From the human T2T-CHM13v2.0 reference genome, Homo sapiens: 64,000 nt of DNA. The position numbers and the translations under genes were made by a program. Below are positions 31,783 to 44,262 of the stretch, piece after piece (the first letter of the stretch is position 1; each line of letters opens with the position of its first letter). The stretch lies in assembly GCF_009914755.1 (NCBI RefSeq), contig NC_060931.1, one strand, 5' to 3'. The notes under the pieces are model-generated. The model made no database searches. It saw only the letters and a program-made list of their open reading frames with translations, and was not told the origin of the DNA.

Positions 31783-32778
31783 TTTTTAATTTTATTATTA
31801 TTTTATCTTCAGTTTTTTGTTCTTTTTGTTTGTTTGTTTTTTGATTTTAAAAAAATTTCAATAGCTTTAGGGGCACAGGTGGTTTTTGGTTACATGGACA
31901 AATCATATAGTGGTGAAGTCTGGGCCTTTAATGCACCCATCACCCAGTGTCCATTGCATCCAGTAGGTAAGTTTCCATCCCTGACCCTTGCCACCCACCC
32001 CTCTTCTGAGTCTCCAATATCCATTATAACACTCTGTATGCCTTTGCATAGTTATTCCAGAAAGATGGAAACAAATCTAAAATATCTAATATAAATCTCT
32101 AGGACCAATCTTACTCTTTGGTCAAATATTATTCAGAATCATAATTTATAGTTTAGCTCCTACTTACAAGTGAGAACATTCAGTGTTTGGTTTTCCATTC
32201 CTGAGTTATTTCACTTGGCATAATGGCCTCCAGTTCCATCCAAGTTGCTGCAGAATATATTATTTTGATCTTTTGTATGCCTGAGTAGTATTCCATGTGC
32301 ATATATACCACATTTTTTTTATCCACTCATCAGTTGATGGGCACTTAGGTTGACTCTGTATCTTTGCAATTGTGAATTGTGCTTTGATATACATATGTAT
32401 GCAGATGTCTTTTTTGTATAATGACTTCTTTTCCTTTGGATAGATATCCACTAGTGGGATTGCTGGATTGAATGGTAGATCTACTTTTAGTCATTTGAGA
32501 AAGCTTCATACTGTTTTCTATATAGGTTGTACTAATTTACAGTCCCATAAACAGTGTAGAAGCATTACTTTTCCAACATGTCCACATCAACATCTGTTGT
32601 TTTTTGACTTTTTAATAATTCTGGCTGGGGCAAAGTGGTATCTCATTGTGGTTTTAATTTGCATTTCCTGAATGATCAGTGATATTGAGCACTTTTTTCA
32701 TATGTTTGTTAGCCATTTTTATATCTTCTTTCGAGAAATGTCTCTTCACGCCATTTGCCCACTTTTTAATGGGATTAT
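31783..32778 (-). mobile_element. L1PB3/4-like 3' end with a non-L1 insert at 32051-32147
   Basis: tttcaatagctttaggggcacaggtggtttttggttacatgg; degenerate TSD aac..tctttt. Confidence 0.9.
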
Positions 32779-34454
32779 AGAACCCTCTTTTAAAATAATT
32801 TTAACATATTTAGATGGCAAGATTCTGAATAATATTTGACATAAAGAGTAAGATTGCCCCTAGATATTCCAGATATTTTAGATTTGTTTTTCATTTTTCT
32901 AGAATCAGCATAAACATGTTGCCCATTAGAAGAGAATATGCCAAAACTGAAAAATATGCCTTTTTAGAAAATGATCTCATTTTTGGCAGACTATCCATGA
33001 CTTCTGAACGAAGCCATAACCATTCTCATTCTAGACAAAATGCCACAGGGCATTTTATTTAGAAAAAGAAACATTCTTTGCATTTCCCAGAGAATGCAAA
33101 AGAAGTAAAAAACATTACAAATGTTGTGTGGTTGCTTTATGAATTACTCCTTTTATGTTTCCAAAGCAAGTACAATACATAAGCCTCATAACTGTATATT
33201 TTTTTTCTCTATGGGACCATTGAAGATCTTTATGGTTAGTGATATTTTTAATTCAGCTCTGGACTTTCTCCAGGAAATTACTAATAATTACTAATTGTAT
33301 TTTTGTAAGTTAATGAAAGGATGTGTTCTATTTTCAATGCCACCCCTCACTTGTGTAATTCATGATGTTTCTTTTTTACATGATTGAGTAAAGCTACACT
33401 ACAGAGACATGAATTCACTAAGAAAGCTTCTTTGTGCAGTCTTATAGAAATTAAGTGTAAAGTCTAGTCATGCAATTGTCTTAAAAGAAAGTATTTATTG
33501 CCTCATCATTTTTTTCTTCCATTTTTGCTGCTTAGATTTTTTTATGAACAGAAAAGAGAACCATTTAGTGAAGCAGTTGTTCTGAATGTAGTTATCCATT
33601 GAGGCTGTGGACAATCATATTTGCAAAAAATATATTAATGGAATTTCCTTAGAGAGCCATTTTACAGTGTTGAATTTAACTGAATGTCAATAAGACACCT
33701 GGAATAAATTTTCTGATACTTCCAACACTTCCAAACTGCAAATTCAGATGGCTCCTTAAATTTATGAAGTCAGGTTTATTCAATAAAATCTCCAGTTCTT
33801 GTTATTAGATTGAATGGAAGTTTATGATTTGGGGAAGAATCTGCAGGGATAACAGAGAAGAAAAACTAACATCTTGCATCACAGAGAGTTGGCTTCCCTT
33901 TCAAACTCTTCTGCCAACTTGTAGGACACCATCATGGAAACATACAGGTAGTCTCATTTACAAATGGTTCTGGTTTCTGAGCATCTTACATTAAAGACTG
34001 TTACAGAAACCGAACTTAGCATTATGCTCTCCTCTCTCCTTTACCTCCCTGGTATACTGCCCTGACATTGTTTTCGCTTTCTCTTTTTCCTTCCTTCCTC
34101 TCTTCCTTCTCCCCTCCCTCTCTTTCTCTCTCTGTCTTTCCTTCCTTCTTTCCTTCTTTTCTCTATTAAATTTTTTTGGCTTTACTTTCCATAGGGTAGA
34201 AATATGCCAGCCTTGAATATAGTTTGAAGCCAAGCTTTTACTCTTAGTTTGGGGATGGAGAAGTGACTCATTACCACATATTTTTAAGTCAGCTACAAAT
34301 TCAGGAATGCGTGGGTTATGGGCTGATAGAAGGGGAATTGGGTACAAAGTAAACCAAAAGCTCTATTAAGGATATACCAAGAGTTATATGTCGGTTGGGA
34401 CCACAGTCAGATATCAGAAGGAGCAATTATCAAACACAAGGCATCATACTACTG

Positions 34455-34672
34455 GTAATACTAGAAAACACTTAATAGCACATACTATATGCCAGGAACT
34501 GAGTCTATATATTCATATTCCTTACAACAATCCCATGAGGTAAGTATGCCCATTTTATAGATTAGGAAACGAAGGCACAGAAAAAAGTAAATAACATGCC
34601 TAAGATTACACATCAGTATAGGATTTAAACCCAGGCATTCTGGCTTCAAACTCCATCCTATTAACCGCTACA
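34455..34672 (-). mobile_element. MIR SINE
   Basis: cccattttatagattaggaaacgaaggcacaga...ggatttaaacccaggca. Confidence 0.85.
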
Positions 34673-34981
34673 ATCTTTCTGGAGACTGGTTTTATCTAGT
34701 TCAGGAGCTTTTATTGGGACTACCTATTGTTGGTGGCATTGACATCTTGAAGGAGCAACTTGTTATCCACCATGCCTAGTCAGTACATGTTATGAATGTA
34801 GCATTATTCCTACGTTCCTAGGCCACTCTGTTCCAAGAAAATGAGTGTGGCCACTCATGCACCCATTTATCCTTCTCTCCATCCATCTGGCTGTAAGAGC
34901 CACATGAGTCTCACTATGGGTATGAATCCTAACCCGCAACATTTCTATATAGGCCAAGTATGGTTAGAATGGACACTGAAG

Positions 34982-35469
34982 TAGCAAAGACTTGGAACCA
35001 ACCTAAATGCCCATCAATGATAGACTGGATGAAGCAAATGTAGCACATATACACCATGGAATACTATGCAGCCATAAAAAAGGATGAGTTCATGTCCTTT
35101 GCAGGGACATGGATGAAACTAGAAACCATCATTCTCAGCCAACTAACACAGCAACAGAAAACCAAACACTGCATGTTCTCACTCATAAGTGGGAGTTGAA
35201 CAATGAGAACACATGGATGCAGGGAAGGGAACATCACACACTGGGGCCTGTCAGGGGGTGAGGGGCTGAGGGGGATAGCATTAGGAGAAATACCTAATGC
35301 ATACGGTGCTTAAACCCTAGATGACAGGTTTTCTTCTGTTGGCCTAAATGGTATGGTAACAGGATTCTACCAAGTACTACTTAAATGAATGGGTGCAGCA
35401 AACCACCATAGCACAGGTATACCTATGTAACAAACCTGCATGTTCTGCACATGTATTCCAGAACTTAAA

Positions 35470-35515
<46 letters not shown>
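34982..35515 (+). mobile_element. L1PA7/8-like 3' end with a non-L1 insert at 35331-35388
   Basis: L1PA 3' sequence; TSD agaatggaca(c/t)tgaag at 34966-34981 and 35516-35531. Confidence 0.93.

Positions 35516-35516
<1 letters not shown>
35473..35516. repeat. (TA)22 microsatellite in place of the L1 poly(A) tail
   Basis: Seen directly. Confidence 0.95.
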
Positions 35517-35521
<5 letters not shown>

Positions 35522-35609
35522 GACATTGAAGGAAATCTTGAAAGGGAAAGGGAAAAACAAGGTGAAAAATTTCTGCAAGGAGACTTATGCAGCCTGAGAA
35601 GAATATGAG

Positions 35610-35720
35610 GAAAGAAGTGTATCATAGTTACAAATACTGGCTCTAGAATCCAGACAGACCTAGGTTGAAATCCTGTTTCTGCCACCTCAAAGCTGCAAGA
35701 CCATTGCAAAGCAATGTCTG
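35610..35720 (+). mobile_element. MIR 5' fragment
   Basis: ggctctagaatccagacagacctaggttgaaatcctgtttctgccac. Confidence 0.7.
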
Positions 35721-36644
35721 TCAAGTTATTTGTAGCCCAACATCAGGCACAAGGTGTTTATATAAACAAGACCATGCCTACACATATGTTTATCACAGCT
35801 AGCAACACCCAGAATGACCATGACTGAAAAAAAATCTTAGAAATATATAAAGTGTAGTCACTATCTTTCTTTTCTAACTCCCAGTATTCTCTGTCCTACA
35901 TAAAAATTCAATGCCAACCCAAAAACTACCCAGCTCACTCCTCCTTATCTCCAGAAGTCCAAATCCTGAAGATACTATCTGAATTACCTGAGTCCTAAAG
36001 TAGCACACATGGGAAAGAAAATGACTGATAAGCAGTTATGTACCTTTTGCAATTAGGGACAGTGAATATTTGCTCTTAAGTAAGAACAAGATTAATGTGT
36101 TCGCTGCCACTGTGACATCTCATATGCATCAGAAAAATCAGAATTGTCGCTGATCTTCATAATTAAGGCTACGGCTAGTCTATTGTTATTTTAGTTATCA
36201 GCTTCAGCTCATCCTTTACCGAAGTTCTCCCAAGGATGACCCAAAAGTAACCAGTGCCTTACCCTGCTCAGCTTTTCCTGATACGGGTGAAATGTATTGA
36301 CAACAACTCTAACATCTTTTGATACCAACATGTGCCTCCTAAGAGTGTACAATGTATTATTTCAATTAAACATGTAAAACAACATCGCAGCAACAACCAC
36401 CAAGCAGTGTTGGGAGGTGACAACAGAGAGCTGGACAGGAGTAGAGTGGTAGTCAGCCCTGAGAATTCTAAGTGGGAAGAAACACTCTTTATTTCTTTGA
36501 CTGAGAATACTCATTGCCCTTTGCCTATAAGGGAATTGAGTTTTAAAATAATTTTTAAAATTAGCAAACTCTTATCCAGCTTTCAATAATTTAGCCATAC
36601 CTTGGAGGCTCCTCTTGAAAAGGTGCTATGCCCATTACTGTGCG

Positions 36645-36666
36645 CACACACACACACACACACACA
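36645..36666. repeat. (CA)11 microsatellite
   Basis: Seen directly. Confidence 0.9.
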
Positions 36667-39504
36667 AAATATTGGAAAAAACCCCCTTGTGGTTTGAACC
36701 TGTTGCCAAAAAATATAAACAGCAGAATGGATGAAAAACATGAGGTGAAGTCTGTGCCTGACTGCCCCAGTGCACAGCCAATGCTAATGTACTTATGTTT
36801 GATACACACTTCAGTTAAGGCAGTAAACAAACTTCACAGCCCAAGAATAATTTTGGGTTATTTATTTCGATGAACACATTCCCACTGGGTTTCTACTGAT
36901 TGTGAATTAATTTTACTCAGGTATTTCTCAAGGGGAATGTTTCATGAAATTATCATATGCAAATAGTTTGTGGCATATTTTACCCTTTTATTTATTTATT
37001 TTTTATACGCACCAGTTATTTTATGAAGTGCTTCTGAAGAAGCACATCAGAACCTGCTTTTCAGTCATTAGGCAAAAAATAAAGATTTCTACACTCAGAG
37101 TTAGTTCACAAGTCTTGGAAACAGATGTCTGATTTTCTTATTTCATAATCTGAAAATCCAGAAGTACGAAGGTCTGTTCTTTGCATATTCATTTATGCCT
37201 GGTGACTCAGACAAGTATCGAGGGAGGGAATGAATCATCACGTAGAATAAATTGCAGTATTGTTAGTCTCAACATGCAAAGTTATTCTATGATACCTAAT
37301 TTCAATCTGTTATGCCTAATTAAAGTGGTGATAAAATGAGAAATAGAGAATCTGAATTTTAAATAAATTTAAAAATATATGAGGATTTTTAATGAACTTA
37401 GTGGAGCAAAACTTCCAAGTAAAATAAACCGTCATACTTAAAATGATCTTCAGTCTTTCCTCTGTGTGCGATTGACAGGCCACCCTTCAGATTACTCCAG
37501 CTTAACAGTCTCACAGTGGACCAAGAAGGGAACTCTGTTTTAAAAGTGGCAAATAAGACCCCCGGGCCATGTCACCTGAAGAGGTCCAAGTGATGCATTT
37601 CATAATTTATTTTGTGAGATTTGGAAGGCTTAAGGCTTAGTCAATTCCAAATTCAAATGTAATACCAAGGCACTCAAAAGCTTCATGGTAGGTACTTCTG
37701 TTTCTATCAGATTCCAATTGGTGGATGATCAGGTTGTGTCAACCCTAATGATTATACCTAACGAGGAAGATAGTTTCTGGGGTTAATCAGGGGCCTAACT
37801 AGTGACAATATCTTTTACCAACACATGTCCATAAGCAAAAATTTAAATACAAAGAATGTTATTTATCAAGGTGCTAAGAGTTAGTTCATTAGTCATTAAA
37901 TACATCTATGTAAAATGAGTCTGGTTTCCATGAATAGCCTAGGGAGACTCAAAATCACATGTTTAATTATTTGGTGTGTAGCTGCATGGTCACCCAGGGA
38001 ATCTCTACCTATTCTTCATAAGATTGATAGTGCCTTGACCTGAACTGTTTCAAAACTGCTAGATATCATCCTCAAGTTACATGGTGTTTAATTTGATGTT
38101 ATATGTTCACGAGCCAAAAGAGATGATAGATAAGGAGGTCTGGTTAAGAAAAAGTGCACCAACTCACTATTCCTCCAATGTCTTATAGATTCTAGATGTG
38201 AACTAAGCCCAGATTTTGCTGAGGTCTTGTACTTAGTAACTAGTCTGCAAATTCTGATCTAAGCTGAAACCCTGGGTTCCGCTGAGGCTATGTAAGAAAT
38301 TGTATTTTCTCTAAAATAGGATAGATGTGGCTCAGAATCAGATGTTTAAGACTACTGCCAGTTTTCTCTTCCCTCCTTGGCTATGGAAGCCACAAGACAC
38401 AGAGCAAGCCGGGTGGGAATGCATTTTTCAGAAAAGTAGGAAGATTCTCCCAAGAGGGAAGGCACAGACATTTTGGATTCTCAGAAGTGGCAGAACCTGA
38501 GACCAGATGAAGTCCTAGCTGGAATAATTAAGGTAAACAGCTAATTAGAGGATTTTGAAGGCTGAATGAATGGTGGGAACAAGAAATAAAAGAGAAGCAA
38601 GCCAAAATGGCAAGCTTTCTTGACAAATTGCCTGCCTGAAGCCAAGAGGCATGAAGTTTTGCCAAAGAGAACAGACACTGGAAGGTTTGAAAACATAGGA
38701 AGGGATTGAGAATTATTGCTTTTTAGACTTCAGGATGAAGGAATGAAGTCTAGTGATAGTATACATTTAACCCATCTTTAAATGCTTACAATTTTAAAAT
38801 ATTGTTCTTTAATGTGTCCACCTCTTCATCCATTTGACTATTAGAAAAAATCATGCCAGGTATTTTTTTTTAACCAAAAACCAATATTTGCTAGGTCACT
38901 ATAAAACTAACTTGGCTATTCTTAAGAAAGTCTCAGTAGTTGCTTTATGCAGCCATAACAAAATGTGCCATTATTCACTGGGCAGGAACTCCTTGAAATG
39001 AAACATGGAAATTGGGAAGAAATGCTCAGGGTTTATCAGGGCATTCCTACACCTCCATATTGAAGACTATACCACACGTGTCCATCCCAGAGAGAATCCT
39101 AAAAGTCATTCTGAGTTGGCACCCCCATCCTGGGTACACAGATGTCTTCTGGCACTGGGTCATGCCCTAGTTCACAGCTTTATTGTCTCTTTACCTCAAA
39201 CCACAGAGAGGTTATGTGTTAAACTCAACAGCTTAAACTATCCTTTGTGGCCTACTGTATACTCCTGGCCCTGGGCGCAGCATGCTACATGGCCTTAACA
39301 ATTAAAGAACTTTCTCTACCAAGGAAACAGGAAATCATACATAACTCTAGTTATATGGATATTAAAGAAAAATCATCTCAGCCTATTTTTACATACCTAA
39401 TTCAGATCAAAAAAGACAGTCCTAGCTATAAATTCCAAAAGGAATCCAGAAGCAAAAGAGGAACCATGGAAGTGACCAAGAGATATGGTGATTAGAAATC
39501 TAAA

Positions 39505-39907
39505 TGTCACACATATATATGTACAAAAATGTTTATTGTAATATTTTTTGTAATCATAAAAACCTGAAAACAACCGAAATGTTTATCAGTAACATAATGG
39601 TTAAATACATCATAAAGCATCTGTACTATGGTTTTCACATTTCATAATAAATTACATAAAATAAAAGTGTATAACAAATACAGAAAAATCCCTAATATAT
39701 ATTATTAAATGGAAAAACAAATCACAAAACAATACATATTATATAATTACATTCTTTCAATAATTAAAATTGAGATAAGCAAAGTTAAGCATATATAGAA
39801 ATTTTATACATATAGTCTTAAATGATTTGTAAAATGATCTAAAGGAATATACCTATCAGTGCTTACTGCTGAGGTGGGAAGTGAGATGGGGAATGAAGAG
39901 GGACAGA
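39505..39907 (+). mobile_element. L1ME-type 3' fragment
   Basis: gtacaaaaatgtttattgtaatattttttgtaat...aaacaaccgaaatgtttatca. Confidence 0.65.
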
Positions 39908-39922
39908 AAAACCTAGACTTTT

Positions 39923-40225
39923 GTTTGTTTTTGTTTTTGTTTTGTTTTTTAGACAGTCTCACTGTGTCACTCAGGCTGGAATGCAGTGGTGCAATCATGA
40001 CTCACTGCCACCTTGACCTCCTGGGTTCAAGCTATCTTCTCATTTCAGCCTCTTATGTAGCTGAGACCACAGGTGCATGTCATCATGCCTGGCTAATTTT
40101 TTAAATTTTCATTGTAGAGATCTCATCTCTACAATGGTCTTGTCTCGAACTCCTGGGCTCAAGTGATCCTCCTGCCTCAGCCTCCCAAACTGCTGGGATT
40201 ACAGGCATGAGCCACCTCTCCTGGC
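39923..40225 (-). mobile_element. AluJ with an internally rewritten segment
   Basis: ccttgacctcctgggttcaag; ctcctgggctcaagtgatcc; TSD aa(a/g)acctaga(c/t)tttt at 39908-39922 and 40226-40240. Confidence 0.92.
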
Positions 40226-40558
40226 AAGACCTAGATTTTTTACTCAATTGAAGTAAGCTTTTTTTTTTTTTAACAAATGTGCATTATTTACATATTACTT
40301 GTTTATATAAAAAAGATGAGGAGCAACAGCTAAATGATCTCTTACCTAAGGTATTCTACATTTTTTCTTCTTGCCTCATCCCATTTTCTCTCACTCTCGA
40401 TTTTCTATTGCAGGATTTCTGTCATACAGAATTTTCAAGTCTCATCTAATGGGCTTTTATATACAATTCCTCATTTGTGTAGTACTTGGTAGAATCCTGT
40501 TACCATACCATTTAGACCAACAGAAGATTGATGAATTCACATTATCAGTGTCTTATTA

Positions 40559-40968
40559 GGTGCATTAGCTTGCCAGGGCTGCCATAACAAAATACCACAG
40601 AGTGGAGGCTTAAACAACAGAAATTTATTTTCTCACAGTTCTGGAGGCTAGAAGTGTAAGATCAAGGTGCCAACAGGGTTGATTTCTTCTGACGGCCTTC
40701 TCCCTGGCTTGTCGAGGGCCGTCTTCTGGATATTTCCTGATATAGTCTTTCCTCTGTGCACACGCACCCCTGGTGCCTCTTTGTGGGTCCAAATTTCCTT
40801 TACTTATAAGGACACCAGTCAGATGGGATTAAGGCCCAACCTAATGGCCTTCATTTAAATTAATTATTACTTTAAAGGACCTGTCTCCAGCCACAGTCAC
40901 ATTCTGAGGTACTGGTGATTATTATGGCTTTAAATTCTGAATTTGGGGGTCATAACTCAGTCATAATA
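40559..40968 (-). mobile_element. MLT1B-like MaLR solo LTR
   Basis: gggctgccataacaaaataccacaga; cttataaggacaccagtcaga; cagtcacattctgaggtactgg. Confidence 0.88.
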
Positions 40969-41174
40969 GTGGGCCTGGAGCTTAAAATTTTCCTACTTGT
41001 CCACCGTAAGAAACTGTAGAGACCTTGAGTCAATTAAGCTCAGGTCTATCTTGTTAAGAGATGGCTATAGGTCACCTCCAGGTCACTCCAGAGGAGAGAA
41101 CACCCACAGCACTCAGCATCCCAAGGTGCCTTTCCCTCACCCAACTGTTTCTCAAGGGAGATGGTACCAGACGT

Positions 41175-41292
41175 CAAAGTGGAAAAGGGATGGGCTTTCA
41201 AGTAAGACACCTTTGCTCTGCCACTTACCAGCCCTTCTCTGGGCTCCAGTTTCCTATCTGTAATAGAAAGTCAATAACACCTGCCTCACGGT
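41175..41292 (+). mobile_element. MIR SINE interrupted by MER45
   Basis: gctctgccacttacca...cagtttcctatctgtaa; a MIR-like tail resumes after 41945. Confidence 0.7.
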
Positions 41293-41944
41293 CAGGGTCC
41301 GCCACAGGATTTGCAATACCCAGTGTAAAATGAAAATGTGGGCCTCTGGCTGGGGCAGGGAAGTCAATCTCTCAAATCACAGCAAATTGTCAACCCCCCC
41401 AAAATTGCAAGCTCTGCTCTGGGAAAAGTGTGGTACCTGGATCACCGTTGTGCTGCCAGATACCACCTTGGCTATGGCTGACTTGCCACAGGGACTGCAC
41501 GCCTGACCCTAACCCTCTTCACACTTCCCACACTTATTCCCAGGTCCCTGTCCTTCCTCAAGCTCATGGTTAGGTCCCCGGCGAGGACTGAGGGCAACAA
41601 TGGAACAAAGACCTCCCCCTGCTGACACAATTCCGCAGCTACCCCAGGAAGAGGGTGCCTTTATTTTCTATATACAGGGCAGAGCTGAGAGTGGGAGGCT
41701 GAGAATCTATCCAGAAGAGCGGGGAGTAGAGGTAGTAGTCAGAGACTGAGAGATGGAATAGCAAGCAAGCCAAGACTCCAAGCCCCAACACATGTTCCAT
41801 TGTCTTATTGGACTTCACTTACAAAACAATACAATTATTAAGAATCTCGAGAGGTTAACTGCATTTAGACCCAGTGTGCAAGGTCCTTCTGAGCATAGGG
41901 TCTTGTGCCACTGTGCTGATCATATGCCCATGAAGCCAGCCCTG
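41293..41944 (-). mobile_element. MER45-family (B/C/R-like) hAT-Tip100 DNA transposon with both ends
   Basis: CAGGG...CCCTG termini; cccagtgtaaaatgaaaatgtggg; gcccatgaagccagccctg; degenerate 8-bp TSD ctcacggt/ctcattgc. Confidence 0.8.
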
Positions 41945-42878
41945 CTCATTGCCAGTTAGCCTATGGAGGCTTACTTGGTTCACTGTCTGATACATGGTAT
42001 GAGTTTTGAAAAAGAGTTTGTTCTTTCTCCATTCCCATTGATTAAAAGAAGCTTAAAATCACCCATGCATAATCCACTGCCTTCAGAGGACTTTATCGTT
42101 TATAAGATTAAGTTTATCAAAGGATCCAAACAAAAGTAAACCATGCTCCCCCATTCTTCCAGGCCCAGTTAAAGTTCCATTTACTTTAAGAAGCCCTCAC
42201 TGTTGGAATAGCTTTTCCATGGCCTTGTATAGAAGTTCTCCAAGAACTTTGGTTGTTCCCACTGTAAACCCTGCCTTAAGTGCAACCCATAAATGTGTCT
42301 ATGCAATACATTAGAAGGCCCTAGCAGACAGAAAAGTCTCATCTGATGTATTTCCTTTATAATACCTAGCACATAGAAAATAAGTTTCGGGTTGAATTAA
42401 ATTCAGTGGAGTTGAAATGGATCCAATTTCTTCTAATTAAGCGTTTTTCCTATTTATGAATTTCTCATTCTCAAGTTTGGTTGTGTATTTTTAAAGTAAC
42501 ATGAAGCAATCTAAAACAAATACAGGAAAAAGCCAAAGCTCTAGAAAAGCTCTAGTTTAAACAAATTCTTGGTTCTATTTAAGATTTCAGGAAAAAGGTT
42601 CTAGTCTAACACAAACAAAATTTTTTCTTAACAAATAATAATTAGCCACATTAATAAATACATAAACTAAACTCCATCATTTTAAGACATTGAATGATAT
42701 TTAAACAATAAGACTTCCATTACTTTATTATTTCAAAAACACTTATTCATTCTAGCACACTTGTAACTTTGTAAAAGGAAATATCCATGCATAAAGACTT
42801 GATGAGAACTCAGGAATATGAAAACAGGTTGATTTGCCAAGGGAATGAGGTTGTGGAGAAATTATTCCTTTTATCTAC

Positions 42879-43019
42879 TTTTTTTTTTTTAATTATACTT
42901 TAAGTTTTAGGGTACATGTGCACATTGTGCAGGTTAGTTACATATGTATACATGTGCCATGCTGGTGCGCGGCACCCACTAACTCGTCATCTAGCATTAG
43001 GTATATCTCCCAATGCTAT
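42879..43019 (-). mobile_element. L1PA2-like extreme 3' fragment (~140 bp)
   Basis: cacattgtgcaggttagttacatatg; cccactaactcgtcatctagc (GAG, not the L1HS ACA/ACG diagnostic); T12 tail. Confidence 0.9.
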
Positions 43020-43319
43020 TTTTAAGTGTTCAACACATTTAGAAAATAAACTAAAACAAATGTTTGTATCATAGCGGTAGTTACTCTAAACCCAAAGCAG
43101 TTATTTCAAGAATACTGGTTCCAAGAAAGAGGTTAGGTTTTGACTAATCAAAATTAGTCACATTTCAAAAGAAAGCACAAGAGCAACAAAATTCTCCTAC
43201 AGAATTATTTCCTAATATTCTTATAATTAATCAACTTATAAGATAAAAGATTTTATTGTTAGTTTCTTAAGGGGACTGAGATCTCTATGGACATTTACAC
43301 CTCTAAAAACACAGCTTTG

Positions 43320-43817
43320 TGGAATATATATCATTCTATTAATACCATAAAGATACATGCATTTGTGTATTCTTTGCAGCACTATTCACAATAAAAAGAC
43401 ATGGAATCAACCCAAATGCCCATCAATGATAGCTGGATAAAGAAAATGTGGTACAAATACACCATGGAATACTATGCAGCCATAAAAAGGAATGAGATGA
43501 TGTCCTTTGAAGGGACATGGATGAAGCTGGAAGCCATTATCCTCAGCAAACTAACATAGGAACAGAAAACCAAACACCACATATTCTCACTTATAAGTGG
43601 GAGCTGAGCAATCTGAACACATGACAAACGGAGGGGAACGACACACACTGGGGTCTGTGGGGTATGGGAGGGAGAGCATAAGAAGAAATAGCTAATGCGT
43701 GCTGGGCTTCATACCTAGGTGATGGGTTAATAGGTGCAGCAAATCACCATGGTACATGTTTACCTATGTAACAAATCTGCACATCCTGCACATGTAGCCC
43801 AGAACTTAAAATAAAAT
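43320..43817 (+). mobile_element. L1PA11-13-like 3' end
   Basis: gaaatagctaatgcgtgctgggcttcatacctaggtgatggg; TSD aaacaca(g/c)ctttg at 43307-43319 and 43818-43830. Confidence 0.9.
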
Positions 43818-44207
43818 AAACACACCTTTGGCATTTTATCAAAATTCCATTCATGACCCCGTTGTGCCAGGAGGTGGTTCCTCATAAATTGCTTTTTTGG
43901 AGTTTTTTACCTCCTGCCTAAAGAGCGTAAACTACCAGTTATGGTGTTCCCTAAACATGTGATTGGATACCACCATATCAGGAACACTTTTTGTAGAGTT
44001 AGTTTGGAAGATTTTGTTTAGACAGGGCCAGCCATTTGTAAATATCTACTAACTAATTTATCACAGACCATTTTATTTTATTATTCCAGTCACCATGCTT
44101 AAAGCAGGATTTTTATAAAGCAAAAGTTTTCCTTGTATTTTGTGAATCCTTTGGCTTATATTAGCTTGTGGTCTCTACTCCCAAGATGTTTTGGCAACCC
44201 TCCATTA

Positions 44208-44210
<3 letters not shown>

Positions 44211-44260
<50 letters not shown>
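44211..44260. repeat. (AC)25 perfect microsatellite
   Basis: Seen directly. Confidence 0.97.
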
Positions 44261-44262
<2 letters not shown>

